From the NCBI GenBank assembly GCA_938074535.1, contig CALJER010000008.1, forward strand, positions 23,523-87,522: DNA of 64,000 bases. The letters run 5' to 3'. Positions within the stretch are counted from its first letter, which is position 1; every line of letters begins with the position of its first letter. Below are positions 39,051 through 49,133 of the stretch, piece after piece. Origin of the DNA: an uncultured archaeon. GTDB lineage: Archaea; Hadarchaeota; Hadarchaeia; Hadarchaeales; WYZ-LMO6. The notes beneath the pieces were generated by a model, which saw only the letters and a list, made by a program, of their open reading frames with translations, searched no databases and was not told where the DNA came from. The position numbers and the translations under genes are program-made.

Positions 39051-42000
39051 TCAGGCCTTATCCCGCAGCTTTATGCGGGCATCCAGGCAGAGCGACCTGA
39101 GCTCGTCCAGCATCAGCTTGAAGGCGTAGGGCATCTCCACGGTGTAGATCTCCGACTCCTCCCCGCAGAAGGAGCAGTAGGTCCTTCCCCTCCTCCTGTC
39201 GTAAACCGCAAAGTGCCCGCACTTCCCGCAGACCAGGGCATCGAACTTGTCCGAGCTCTCCAGGAGCCTGTCCCTGAGGAGCCTGGCCGCACCGTACCCT
39301 ATCAGGCAGTCCCTCTCCATCTCCCCGAACCTGAGCCCCCCTTCCCTCGCCTTTCCCTCCGTGGGCTGGTGGGTGAGGACCTGAACGGGACCCCTGGACC
39401 TCACGTGCACCTTGTCCGCCGCCATGTGATGGAGCTTCTGGTAGTAGCAAACCCCTATGAAGATCTCCGCCGGAATCATCTCCCCTGTCATCCCGTTGTA
39501 CATCACCTCCTTTCCCACCGGCTGGAAGCCCCTCTCCTTCAGCATCTCCCTGATTTTCTCCTCGGGCTCGCCTCCGAAGGTGGTGCCGTCCATCACCCTG
39601 CCTGCCAGCGCCCCCGCCTTCCCCGCCACCATCTCCAGGAGCTGCCCTATGGACATCCTGGAAGGTATGGCGTGCGGGTTGATGATGAGGTCGGGAACGA
39701 TGCCGCTCTCCGTGAAGGGCATGTCCGCTCCGTCCATCACCAATCCCACCACTCCCTTCTGCCCGTGCCTCGAGGCAAACTTGTCCCCCACCTCCGGTAT
39801 CCTGAGGCTCCTCACCCTCACCCTGGCCGCCCTGTTTCCCTCGGCCGTCATCACCAGGTAAACCATGTCGGCTATTCCTTCCTCCCCTGGTTTTATCCGG
39901 ATGGAGCTCTCCCTCCTTCCCACCTCCATCTTCACCCCGAACTCGTCCGTTTCTTCGAAGAACCTCGGGGGGCTGGTCCTACCTATCACCACGTCCTCCA
40001 CCCTGAGCCTGGACTCCGGCTCCACTATTCCCTCCTCTCCCAGGTTGGCGTAGCGGGAGATGTCCGAGTACCCTCTTACCTCCTCGCTGGGTATCTCGAA
40101 CTTGTCCCTCTGCCCTCCGGAGTACCTTCCCTCCTCGGCCTCGTAAATGGTGAAGGAGGTGCTCCTCCCCAGCCCACGGTCTATCGAATCCCTGTTGACG
40201 ATGAGGGCGTCCTCCATGTTGTAACCTCCGTAGCAGGCGATGGCCACCACCAGATTCTGACCGCAGGGCCTCTCCCCCAGCCCCAGGAGGTCCACCACCT
40301 TGGTCCCCACCAGGGGGCGCTGGGGGTAGTGGAGGAAGTAGGCGTGGGTGTCGGTCCTGATGTGCATGCTCACGGAGAAAATTCCCAGGGCCTGCTTCGC
40401 CATGTTCGCCCCGTAGGTGTTCCTGGGAGACTGGTTGTGCTCGGCGTAGGGGATGAGGGAAGCGCTTCCTCCCAGCATGGCCAAGGGGTGAAGCTCCAGG
40501 TGGGTGTGCTCGCTCGTGAGCTCCTCGGGGTTGACCGCCACATAGGTGTTCTCCTCCTCGTCCGCGTCCAGGTACTCCACCACCCCGCTCCTGACGAGCT
40601 CGCTCCAGCTCATCCTGCCGCTCCTGAGCATCTCCAGGTGCTGGTCGGTGACCAGGGGCTTGCCTCCCTCAACCACTATCAGGGGCCTCCGCACCCTCCC
40701 GGGGTCGCACCAGACCGTTACCTCGTTGGTGTCCCTCTTGAACCTGACGTTCACCTGATCGCTGAGCTCTCCCCTCCTCCTTCTCTCCCTGATTTCCCTG
40801 GCAAGCTTCTCCCCATCCCCCACCGTTCCTATCACCCTTCCGTTGAGGAAGACCGCCACCCTGCCGCTGCGCTCCCCCCCCTTCCTGATGGGAAACACTC
40901 CTATCCCGTAAAGGGCCTTCTCCACCTTCTCCTCATCCTCCCCCGTGGAGATCTCAGCGGTGAGGGCAAGGTTCTTGACCAAACCGCAGTTGGGTCCCTC
41001 GGGCGTTTCCGACGGACATATCTTCCCCCAGTGGGTGGGGTGGAGGTCCCTGGCCTCGAAGTGCGGCTGACTCCTGCTCAGGGGGGAGATGATCCTGCGG
41101 AGGTGGGAGAGCGCCGAGAGGTAGTTGGTCCTGTCCAGGAGCTGGCTCACCCCCGTCCTCCCGCCGGGCCAGTTGCCCGTCGCCAGCGTATGCCTGATCT
41201 GCTCGGTGAGGAGGTCCGCCCTGGCCGCCGTCCTGAGGTTGAGCTCCCTGCCCCTGGAATGGGAGCGCTCCAGCTGGTACTTGATGTCCTTGATGAGGTT
41301 GACGAGGGCGACCCTGAAGATGTTCTCCAGCATCTCCCCGCTCAGCTTCAGGCGCTTGTTGCCGTAGTGGTCCTTGTCGTCCACCCCCCTCCTTCCCAGC
41401 GAGAGCTCTATCACCCTCTCCACCATGCTTCCCAGGAAGTACGCCTTGGCCGGCCTGTCCTCGGGGGAGGTGCCTATGTGGGGGAGGAGGTACTTGTCCA
41501 GGACCTCCTGGGCCCTCTGGAGCCTGTAGCTCTTCATCTGCCCTATGGCCACCCTCTTCCCTATGAAGTCGAGCGCGTCCTTCTCCGTTTTTATCTCCAC
41601 CCCCTCCGTCAGGTTCTCGAAAAGCTCCCTCACGATCTCGGGGTCGTCGGAGACCGCCTCCACGATGTCCTTGTCCTTGACCAGGCCCAGGGCCCTCATC
41701 ACCACCACCAGCGGCAGCTGTCCCGGAACCGAGGGGAAGGAAACCCGTATCAGGCCGTCCTTCTTGCGCTCCACCACCACCAGGGCGCGGAAGCCCCTGC
41801 GGCTGGAGAAGACCTTGGCCACCTCCACCCCCAGGCGCTCGTCCCTCTCCACCAGGATGGAGTTCGTGGCCAGGTCGTCCTGGATGACGATGACCCTCTC
41901 GGACCCGTTGATGATGAAGTACCCTCCCGGGTCCATGGGGTCCTCCCCCATGGCCACCAGCTCCTCCTCGCTCTTCCCGTAGAGAACGCATTTCTTGGAC

Positions 42001-42368
42001 TTCAGCATCACAGGAATTTCCCCTATCATCACCGTCTGGGGTGGAAACTTCTGCCCCCCGGAGACGATGCTCATCTCCAGGTAGAGGGGGGCCAGATAGC
42101 TCATGTTGCGCATCCTGGCGATGTGGGGGGTAACGTTGGGTGGTCTGGAGTAGGACCCATCAGCTTCCCTGAACCAGGGCTCGCCCACGGTGATCCTGCC
42201 GAACTCCACGCGGGTTCCCTCTATGTCGAGGTCTATTCCGCCCACGTCGTCTATCACCCGCTGGAGACCCTTCTCGATGAACTCGTTGTAGGAATCCAGG
42301 TGCTGCCTGACCAGGCCCCTTTCCCTCAGGAAGGACTCCACCAGGACCCATCTGTCCCTGAGCACCAA
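39051..42368 (-). CDS. rpoB: DNA-directed RNA polymerase subunit B, unsplit (1105 aa)
   Basis: Full-length Rpo2 with no B'/B'' split. C-terminal Zn ribbon CGKCGH...CSFCG. Confidence 0.95.
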   Translation of the reverse strand: MVLRDRWVLVESFLRERGLVRQHLDSYNEFIEKGLQRVIDDVGGIDLDIEGTRVEFGRITVGEPWFREADGSYSRPPNVTPHIARMRNMSYLAPLYLEMSIVSGGQKFPPQTVMIGEIPVMLKSKKCVLYGKSEEELVAMGEDPMDPGGYFIINGSERVIVIQDDLATNSILVERDERLGVEVAKVFSSRRGFRALVVVERKKDGLIRVSFPSVPGQLPLVVVMRALGLVKDKDIVEAVSDDPEIVRELFENLTEGVEIKTEKDALDFIGKRVAIGQMKSYRLQRAQEVLDKYLLPHIGTSPEDRPAKAYFLGSMVERVIELSLGRRGVDDKDHYGNKRLKLSGEMLENIFRVALVNLIKDIKYQLERSHSRGRELNLRTAARADLLTEQIRHTLATGNWPGGRTGVSQLLDRTNYLSALSHLRRIISPLSRSQPHFEARDLHPTHWGKICPSETPEGPNCGLVKNLALTAEISTGEDEEKVEKALYGIGVFPIRKGGERSGRVAVFLNGRVIGTVGDGEKLAREIRERRRRGELSDQVNVRFKRDTNEVTVWCDPGRVRRPLIVVEGGKPLVTDQHLEMLRSGRMSWSELVRSGVVEYLDADEEENTYVAVNPEELTSEHTHLELHPLAMLGGSASLIPYAEHNQSPRNTYGANMAKQALGIFSVSMHIRTDTHAYFLHYPQRPLVGTKVVDLLGLGERPCGQNLVVAIACYGGYNMEDALIVNRDSIDRGLGRSTSFTIYEAEEGRYSGGQRDKFEIPSEEVRGYSDISRYANLGEEGIVEPESRLRVEDVVIGRTSPPRFFEETDEFGVKMEVGRRESSIRIKPGEEGIADMVYLVMTAEGNRAARVRVRSLRIPEVGDKFASRHGQKGVVGLVMDGADMPFTESGIVPDLIINPHAIPSRMSIGQLLEMVAGKAGALAGRVMDGTTFGGEPEEKIREMLKERGFQPVGKEVMYNGMTGEMIPAEIFIGVCYYQKLHHMAADKVHVRSRGPVQVLTHQPTEGKAREGGLRFGEMERDCLIGYGAARLLRDRLLESSDKFDALVCGKCGHFAVYDRRRGRTYCSFCGEESEIYTVEMPYAFKLMLDELRSLCLDARIKLRDKA

Positions 42369-42372
42369 CCCC

Positions 42373-42627
42373 CTATCCCTCCACCACGTACCTGTACGCC
42401 AAGGCTCTCCCCGCGGTGAAGCTCTCCCTCTTGATCTCCACGATATCCCCGGGCTTGGCCCCGATGGCCCTGGCCACCGGGTCTGAGCTCTTTATCAGGG
42501 GGAGCTGGTGGGGCTTCACCCTGTATCTCCTTAGAACCTCCTCCCCCTCCTCCTTTGACAGCACCCTGTGTTCGGGCACCAGCACGTGCCCCCGGGGATC
42601 TAACTCCTCGCTCATCCTCCCGCCCAT
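42373..42627 (-). CDS. rpoH: DNA-directed RNA polymerase subunit H (Rpb5-like)
   Basis: RpoH C-terminal signature [10 protein letters not shown]...[17 protein letters not shown]. Confidence 0.8.
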   Translation of the reverse strand: MGGRMSEELDPRGHVLVPEHRVLSKEEGEEVLRRYRVKPHQLPLIKSSDPVARAIGAKPGDIVEIKRESFTAGRALAYRYVVEG

Positions 42628-42628
42628 A

Positions 42629-42703
42629 CGGGCCTGGTGGGATTCGAACCCACGACTCCCGGCTTAAAAGGCCGGTGCGCTAGCCAGACTGCGCTACAGG
42701 CCC
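42629..42703 (-). tRNA. tRNA-Lys (anticodon UUU)
   Basis: Folded by hand: acceptor GGGCCTG/CAGGCCC, anticodon loop CTTTTAA, T-loop TTCGAAT, discriminator G. Confidence 0.85.
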
Positions 42704-42745
42704 AACTAAGCAAGGGGTCGAAACTACTTATATTTATCTCTTTCG
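42704..42745 (-). promoter_or_regulatory. tRNA-Lys promoter (minus strand ATAAATATAA, about 25-35 nt upstream of the tRNA 5' end)
   Basis: Classic archaeal TATA at the canonical distance. Confidence 0.55.
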
Positions 42746-42791
42746 GATGAAGGGCGGACCCTCCCTCCCGTCTCACCATCCCCGCGAAGGC

Positions 42792-44267
42792 CTACTCAAC
42801 TTCGTATACCCTCCCCCTCTCCACCTCCCCGCTCTCGAACCTCTCCCTCATCTCATCCGCTATCCTCTGCGCCAGAGGGGTGGGGTACTCCCCGGTGAGG
42901 CAGCCGAGACAGAGCTCGTCCCTCCTCATCCCGGTCGCCCTCACGAAGCCCTCCAGGGACTGGTAGTGAACGGAATCCGCCCCTATCAGGCGCGCTATCT
43001 CCTCCTCCCCGTGGGTGGAGCCTATCAGCTCACCGAAGGTGGCCATGTCTATGCCGTAGAAGCAGGGGGAGAGGATGCGCGGGAAGGTGAAGTACATGTG
43101 GATTTCCTTGGCCCCGGCCATCCTGAGCTTCCTTATCACCCTCCTGGAGGTGTCCCCCCTCACTATCGAGTCCTCCACCACCGCTATCCTCTTCCCCCGG
43201 AGGTTCTCCGTGACATTCAATTTCTTGGAAATGATCTTTTCCCTCTCCTCCGAGCTCGAGATGAAGGCCCGGTCCACCACGTACCTGTGTCTCCTCACGG
43301 CCCTCTCCCAGGGTATGCCCGTTACCTCGTGCATCCCGTAAGCTGCGTCATCCCCCGTGGAGGGTATGGAGACTATCACGTCCACCCTCCTCTCGAGCTC
43401 CGGATCCTCTCTGGCGAGGTTCCTCCCGAACTCCTCCCTCACCTTGTACACCGACTTACCGTTGCAGAGCAGGGAGTCCGGTCTGGCGAAGTAGGCGAAC
43501 TCGAAGCTGCAGAAAGCCCTTCTCTCCCCCTTCACTATCCTCTCCCTTCTGGCCCCCTCCTCGGACCAGATCAGGAGCTCCCCCGGCTGAACCTCAGCCT
43601 CGTACCTGAACTCGTTTATGTCCAGTCCCACGCTCTCGGAGGACACGGCGAAGGTTTGGTTGTTCGGGCTACAACCGTAGCACAGGGGCTTTATCCCCAG
43701 CGGGTCCCTGAAGGCGAAGAGTTCCCCCCTCTGGGTGATGCCCACCACGGAAAAGGCCCCCTCTATCCCCTTCATGCAGCCCTCCACCGCTGAGACCAGG
43801 TCGGAGCCCTTCAGCCCCTGGAGCAGCTTCCTGGAGAGGAGCTCTATGTCGGAGGAGGAGCGGGGGAGACCCCTCGCCTTCAGCTCCGCCCTGAGCTCCT
43901 TCACGTTCACCAGGTTGCCGTTGAAGGCCAGCACCACCTTCTCCTCCCTCCCCGCCACGAAGGGCTGCATGTCCCTGAGAAGCCAGTACCTGGTGCTCCT
44001 CCCCGAGGTGGCGTACCTCACATGACCTATTCCCACCTTGCCCCTGAAGCTCCGGAAGAGCCTCCTCACCACGGGATGCCTGACGGGGGGGAGAAGGCCG
44101 AGGGAGCGGTGGGCGGCGAAGTCCCCCTCCCTCAGCTCCGCAAAGCCGTACGAATGATGCCCGCGGTGGTTCTGAGAAACCAGGCCCCAGTACACGCACG
44201 GGAAGACTTCCTTACCCTCGAAGTCGAAGGCACCAAAAACTCCGCATGACTCTCCAGAAACCTCCAA
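42792..44267 (-). CDS. purF: Amidophosphoribosyltransferase (glutamine PRPP amidotransferase)
   Basis: N-terminal propeptide then CGVFGA (Ntn Cys), PRTase motif and C-terminal Fe-S cysteines. Confidence 0.9.
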   Translation of the reverse strand: MEVSGESCGVFGAFDFEGKEVFPCVYWGLVSQNHRGHHSYGFAELREGDFAAHRSLGLLPPVRHPVVRRLFRSFRGKVGIGHVRYATSGRSTRYWLLRDMQPFVAGREEKVVLAFNGNLVNVKELRAELKARGLPRSSSDIELLSRKLLQGLKGSDLVSAVEGCMKGIEGAFSVVGITQRGELFAFRDPLGIKPLCYGCSPNNQTFAVSSESVGLDINEFRYEAEVQPGELLIWSEEGARRERIVKGERRAFCSFEFAYFARPDSLLCNGKSVYKVREEFGRNLAREDPELERRVDVIVSIPSTGDDAAYGMHEVTGIPWERAVRRHRYVVDRAFISSSEEREKIISKKLNVTENLRGKRIAVVEDSIVRGDTSRRVIRKLRMAGAKEIHMYFTFPRILSPCFYGIDMATFGELIGSTHGEEEIARLIGADSVHYQSLEGFVRATGMRRDELCLGCLTGEYPTPLAQRIADEMRERFESGEVERGRVYEVE

Positions 44268-44298
44268 TCCCCCACCAACGGGTTTGGGGAGTCCCTTC

Positions 44299-45141
44299 TT
44301 AAAATTTCTTCCCCGTAACCCTTTCGTAACACTCCACGTACCTCCTGGAGGTCTGGAGGACCACCTCGGGAGGGAGGTGCGGAGCGGGGGGCTTCCTGTT
44401 CCATCCTATGCTGGTGAGGTAATCCCTCACGTACTGCTTGTCGAAGCTGGGCGGGTCTCCCCCCTCTTCGTAGCCCTCCAGGGGCCAAAAGCGGGAGGAG
44501 TCGGGGGTGAGGATCTCGTCTATGAGGAGGAGTTCCCCCCGGCTGGAGCCGAACTCGAACTTGGTGTCGGCTATCAGGATCCCCCTCTTCTCGGCCATGG
44601 AAAGGGCCCTTCCGTAGAGGGAGAGGGAGAGCTCCCCGATCTCCTCCGCCACCTCCTTCCCCAGCTTTTCCACCACCTCCTCCCATCGCACCTCCCTGTC
44701 GTGTCCGCTCTCCTCCTTGGTGGTGGGGGTGAGGATGGGCTCCGGCAGCCTGGAGGCCTTCTTGAGGCCTGGGGGAAGGCGGATTCCGCACACGCTCCTC
44801 CCCTTCGCGTAGCTCTCCCAGGCGGAACCGTAGAGGAAGCCCCTGACGATGAACTCGAAGGGAAGGGGGGAGGCCCTCCTCACCAGCATGCTCCTCCCGT
44901 CCACCGCCTCCAGGAAGTGGTTCGGAACGTCCCTGAAGAGAGTGAACCAGAAAACGGAGAGCCTGTTCAGGGCCTCGCCCTTGTGGGGAATGCCGTTGGG
45001 AAGCACCACATCGAAGGCCGAGATCCTGTCGGTGGAGACCACCAGCAGGCTCTCCCCCAGCTCGTAGATGTCCCTGACCTTCCCTCTCTTGAAGAGCCTG
45101 AGGGGAAGTTCCGAGTAAAGGAGGGGCTCCTCTACCTCCAT
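44299..45141 (-). CDS. purC: SAICAR synthetase
   Basis: RGKVRDIY...STDRISAFD signature. Confidence 0.9.
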   Translation of the reverse strand: MEVEEPLLYSELPLRLFKRGKVRDIYELGESLLVVSTDRISAFDVVLPNGIPHKGEALNRLSVFWFTLFRDVPNHFLEAVDGRSMLVRRASPLPFEFIVRGFLYGSAWESYAKGRSVCGIRLPPGLKKASRLPEPILTPTTKEESGHDREVRWEEVVEKLGKEVAEEIGELSLSLYGRALSMAEKRGILIADTKFEFGSSRGELLLIDEILTPDSSRFWPLEGYEEGGDPPSFDKQYVRDYLTSIGWNRKPPAPHLPPEVVLQTSRRYVECYERVTGKKF

Positions 45142-45611
45142 CCTCTCACGGCCGCCTCGTCGGCGGAGAGGACTTCCTCCCTTCTCTTCCTCTGCCAGGA
45201 AGAGAGCTTCTCCGCCAGCCCTCTGTCCACCAAGGAGAGGATCTTGGCGGCTGCCAGGGCTGCCCCCTCAGGATCCGCCACCACCAGGGGAGCCACTCCC
45301 CGGGGCATGCGCAGGGAGGAGAAGATGTCGAAGGGGAAGTTCTCCACCTTCACGGGGCATGAGATCACGGGATGTCTCACCTGCGCGTCCACCATGCCGG
45401 AGAGGGCATTGGACCTTCCCACCACCGTAAGATAGACCAGCTCCTCCCCGCTGCGCTCGTACTCCTCCAGCATCCGAAGGAGCCTGTCGGGGGTCTTGTG
45501 GGCGGAAGCGACCCTCTCTTCGAACTTCACCCCTAGCTCCTTTAGGAGGACCCTGGCCGGCTCGGCGAATTCCACATCGGCCTTGGACCCGTAGAGAATC
45601 ACCACCTTCAT
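45132..45611 (-). CDS. purE: N5-CAIR mutase / AIR carboxylase catalytic subunit
   Basis: MKVVILYGSKADVE...SAHKTP...VGRSNALSG PurE motifs. Start at the internal ATG 45611. Confidence 0.85.
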   Translation of the reverse strand: MKVVILYGSKADVEFAEPARVLLKELGVKFEERVASAHKTPDRLLRMLEEYERSGEELVYLTVVGRSNALSGMVDAQVRHPVISCPVKVENFPFDIFSSLRMPRGVAPLVVADPEGAALAAAKILSLVDRGLAEKLSSWQRKRREEVLSADEAAVRGWR

Positions 45612-45649
45612 CGCATCCGGGTGAGAATTGGTGGGAGGGACTTTTAGTC

Positions 45650-45989
45650 CTATCGTTTCCCCGGTCGAACCCTGGGGCCCATCGCCTCCTCCACCGCCTT
45701 CCTGAGCATTCCTTCGGGTGGACAGGGGTAGCCCCTCCCCCTGCACAAGTAGATCCTGCACCCGAGCCTGCCTTCCCCCTTTCTGATCCCCTCTTGAACA
45801 TCCCTCCCGTTTATCAGCACGGTGGGGGAGCCCTGGAACCCGTGCTTCCTAGCCTTTTCTTCCGTAAAGAGCTTCCACCTCCGCCTCCGCGCCCAGCCCC
45901 TTCATAACCTCCCTGAGCACCTCCCTGGTCTTCAAGAGGCTAGGGCAATCCGGTATGTACAAAACTTGAACCCCTATCTTCCCATCCAC
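45650..45989 (-). pseudogene. Thioredoxin_3/MJ0307-like small redox protein, frameshifted; monothiol CPS instead of CPxC; C-terminal Cys-rich extension
   Basis: Frame A (GTG 45989 to TAG 45849): MDGKIGVQVLYIPDCPSLLKTREVLREVMKGLGAEAEVEALYGRKG*. Frame B continues: ...EEKARKHGFQGSPTVLINGRDVQEG...GCRIYLCRGRGYPCPPEGMLRKAVEEAMG* (stop at 45650). Concatenated, the two frames match the Thioredoxin_3 fold. Shift site near cttt/aaaa at about 45852-45875. Confidence 0.45.
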
Positions 45990-45993
45990 GAAA

Positions 45994-46782
45994 TCACCTC
46001 AGCTCTTTCACCAGCGAAGAAAAAATCTTCCTCCCGTCTCCCCACAGAGGGGGGGACTCCCCCTTTGTCCAATCCGGGAGCTGCCAGCCGAAGACCGCCC
46101 TTTCGGGATGGGGCATCATGCCCATGATCCTGCCCGTGGGGTCGCATATGCCGGCGATATCGAAGAAGGAACCATTGGGGTTCAAGGGATATCTCCCTCC
46201 GGCGGGTCTTCCCTTCCCGTCGCAGTACCTGAAGACCAGCTGATCCTTCTCCAGGAGCCTCCTCAGGTACTCCCTCTCCCTGCCCGCCGGGAAAAGGAAC
46301 TTCCCCTCCGCATGCGCCACGGGCATCCTCACCACCTCCCCCCTTCCCATCCCCCTCGTGAAAAGACACTTCCCTCCGTTCTCCACCCTCAGATACGTCC
46401 ATCTGCACTCGAACCTCGCCGAGTCGTTGAGGGCGAGGGCCGCCTGCACCTCTCCCCACCGGAAGCCGGGCAGGAGCCCCGCCTCCACCAGCACCTGGAA
46501 GCCGTTGCAAATTCCCAGGATGGCTCCACCGTCCTCCACGAAGTCCTTCAGGGCGGAAAGCATCCTGCCGGCCAGCTCCTTTCCCAGAATGGCGCCGGCC
46601 CTCACCCTGTCCCCGAAGGAGAAGCCGCCGGGGATCACCAGCACCTCGCATCCCCTCAGCCCCCTCTCCAGCACCCTCCTGAAGTGGACCAGCTCCACCT
46701 CCGCACCCGCCTCTTCCAGGGCCACCTTGGTTTCGCCGTCGCAGTTGGTTCCTCCCGCCCTCACGATGCAGGCCCTCACCAT
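45994..46782 (-). CDS. purQ: FGAM synthase glutaminase subunit
   Basis: MVRACIVRAGGTNCDGE and the class I glutamine amidotransferase Cys/His. Confidence 0.85.
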   Translation of the reverse strand: MVRACIVRAGGTNCDGETKVALEEAGAEVELVHFRRVLERGLRGCEVLVIPGGFSFGDRVRAGAILGKELAGRMLSALKDFVEDGGAILGICNGFQVLVEAGLLPGFRWGEVQAALALNDSARFECRWTYLRVENGGKCLFTRGMGRGEVVRMPVAHAEGKFLFPAGREREYLRRLLEKDQLVFRYCDGKGRPAGGRYPLNPNGSFFDIAGICDPTGRIMGMMPHPERAVFGWQLPDWTKGESPPLWGDGRKIFSSLVKELR

Positions 46783-49130
46783 GCTGGGCTCCTCCACGCC
46801 CTCCTCAGCTCCTCCGCCCCCACCTCCCACTTCTTCCCCCCCCTCCCCACCCTTAGGAGGCCTTCCTCCAACACCCGGCCTATCCTAGAGGCCCTCCTCC
46901 CCGCCACCCTCCTGAACTCCTCCTCCTTCTCCTTCTTCACCTCCAGCAGGAACCTGCTGTTGGACTCGGAGAAGAGGAGGAAGTCCTCCCTCAGCCTGCC
47001 CCCGGAGGGCACCAGCGAGAGGTCCACCTCCGCCCCCACCTCCCCGCCCAGCACCATCTCGGCCAGAGCCACTGCCAGTCCCCCCTCGGAGAGGTCGTGA
47101 CACGCCCTCACCAGTCCCCTCTGCAGGGCCTCCTCCACCACCCCCAGGTTCCTCCTGGCTTCCCCGAGCCTCACCTTGGGAACGCTCTTCCCCAGGTATC
47201 CCAGCAGGGCATAGTACTCCGAGCCGCCCAGCTCCGGGAAGGTGGTTCCCACGAGGTAAAGGGGATCTCCCTCCCTCTTCAGCTCCACGGAAACGGCCTT
47301 TTTCACCTCGGGTATCACCCCCACCGCTGTGATCAGGAGGGTGGGGGTGACGGGTCCCAAAGGGGACTCGTTGTACAGGCTGTCCTTTCCCGAGATGAAG
47401 GGGGTTCCGAGGCCCCTGGCGAAGCGATAGCATGCCTCGCAGGCCCTGACGAGCGAACCGAGCTGCTCCTCCCTCTCGGGGCTGCCCCACACGAAGTTGT
47501 CCAGCAGGGCTATCCTTCTTCCCCCCACCGCCACGTTGTTCCTCACCGCCTCCTCCAGGCTCGAAGCCGCCATCCAGTAGGGATCTATCTTTCCGTACCT
47601 GGGCTTCAGCCCGCAGGAGAGGACCACCCCCTTCTCCGAAGCGGGGAGGGGCTTCAGCACCACTCCATCGTTGGGCGCCCCGTGCTCACCCTGCAGGGGC
47701 TTGAGGACGGTTCCTCCCTGGACCTCGTGGTCATACGTCCTGATGACCTCCTCCCTGCTGCACAGGTTGGGGGAGGAGAGGAGCCTGAGAAGGACTTTCC
47801 TGGGCTCGGGAGGGGAGAAGCTGGGCTCCTCCAGGGAGGGCGCCCTATACTCCCCCCTCCTCTCCACGAGGGGAGGGGAAAAGAGAAAGTCCAGATCCAG
47901 CTCGGCCACCCTGTGCCCCCTGTAGAAGACCCTGAGCGGACCTTCTTCCATGAACCTCCCGATGGGGGTGGCCTCCACCTCCTCCTCCTCGAAAATCCCC
48001 ACCACCTCCTCCAGGTTCTCGGGCGGGACGCTCAGGGCCATCCTTTCCTGGGATTCCGAGACCCAGATCTCCCAGGGCCTCATCCCCGAGTACTTGAGCG
48101 GAACCTTCTCCAGCCACACCTCCACCCCGCATCCCGCCTCCCTCGCCATCTCCCCGCTGGCGCAGGAAATCCCCCCTCCCCCAAGGTCGGTGATGGAACT
48201 GGCGAGACCCCTGTCCGCTATCTCCAGGATTCCCCTCCTGAGCTTTTCCTCCTCTATGGGATCGGGGATCTGAACGGCCGGCCTGGAGACCTCCTCAGAC
48301 TCCTCGGAGAGTTCCAGCGAGGCGAAGGTAACCCCGTGGATGCCATCCCTCCCCGTCCTTCCCCCCGCCAGCACCAGCAGGTCCCCAGGCTTCGTCCTCT
48401 TCACGTAGTTCTTGAGGGGGAGGAGCCCCACACACCCGCAGTACACCACGGGGTTGCCCACGTAGCTCTCGTCGAAGTAGATGGCCCCGGCCACGGTGGG
48501 AATGCCCATGTTGTTTCCGTAGGCCCCTATCCCGGCCACCACACCCCTGTAGACGTAGCGGGGATGCTTGACCCCGGGGGGGAGTCTGTCGTAGGGGAAG
48601 TTGAGGGGACCGAACCCCAGCACATCCAAGCAGGCTATGGGCTTCGCCCACACGCCCAGGATGTCCCTGATCACCCCACCCACCCCCGTGGCCGCCCCGC
48701 CGAAGGGCTCGATGGCCGAGGGGTGATTGTGTGTCTCCACCTTCACGGCGAGAGCGTGACCGTCCTCGAACTCCACGATCCCAGCGTTGTCTCTAAAGGT
48801 GGAGACGCACCAGGGGGGGGAAAGCTCCTCCGTGGCCCTGGCTATGAAGTCCCTGAAGAGCCTGACCCTCCTCCTCCCCACCCTCACCGTCCCCTTGAAG
48901 GTCTTGTGGAAGCAGTGCTCGGACCAGGTTTGGGCAATCCCCTGCAGCTCCACGTCGGTGGGGTCCCTGCCCTTCCTGGAGAAGTACCTGCGGCACTCCT
49001 CCATTTCCCTCAGGCTCATGGCCAGGCCCATTTCCCGGCTTATCCGGGAAAGCTCCTCCCTGCCCGCCCCCCGCAAGCCTATCTCGTACAGCTCGAAGGG
49101 GAGCGGAAGCCTCCTGTAGAGCTCGCTCAA
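46776..49130 (-). CDS. purL: FGAM synthase II (large subunit)
   Basis: Tandem AIRS-like domains and a conserved N-terminus. Confidence 0.9.
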   Translation of the reverse strand: MSELYRRLPLPFELYEIGLRGAGREELSRISREMGLAMSLREMEECRRYFSRKGRDPTDVELQGIAQTWSEHCFHKTFKGTVRVGRRRVRLFRDFIARATEELSPPWCVSTFRDNAGIVEFEDGHALAVKVETHNHPSAIEPFGGAATGVGGVIRDILGVWAKPIACLDVLGFGPLNFPYDRLPPGVKHPRYVYRGVVAGIGAYGNNMGIPTVAGAIYFDESYVGNPVVYCGCVGLLPLKNYVKRTKPGDLLVLAGGRTGRDGIHGVTFASLELSEESEEVSRPAVQIPDPIEEEKLRRGILEIADRGLASSITDLGGGGISCASGEMAREAGCGVEVWLEKVPLKYSGMRPWEIWVSESQERMALSVPPENLEEVVGIFEEEEVEATPIGRFMEEGPLRVFYRGHRVAELDLDFLFSPPLVERRGEYRAPSLEEPSFSPPEPRKVLLRLLSSPNLCSREEVIRTYDHEVQGGTVLKPLQGEHGAPNDGVVLKPLPASEKGVVLSCGLKPRYGKIDPYWMAASSLEEAVRNNVAVGGRRIALLDNFVWGSPEREEQLGSLVRACEACYRFARGLGTPFISGKDSLYNESPLGPVTPTLLITAVGVIPEVKKAVSVELKREGDPLYLVGTTFPELGGSEYYALLGYLGKSVPKVRLGEARRNLGVVEEALQRGLVRACHDLSEGGLAVALAEMVLGGEVGAEVDLSLVPSGGRLREDFLLFSESNSRFLLEVKKEKEEEFRRVAGRRASRIGRVLEEGLLRVGRGGKKWEVGAEELRRAWRSPAW

Positions 49131-49133
49131 CCC

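Noticed and set aside
39213-42419. 1068-aa plus-strand ORF opposite rpoB
   Set aside because: A long antisense ORF is expected by chance in a GC-rich RNAP gene. No recognisable domains and heavily P/H/G-rich.
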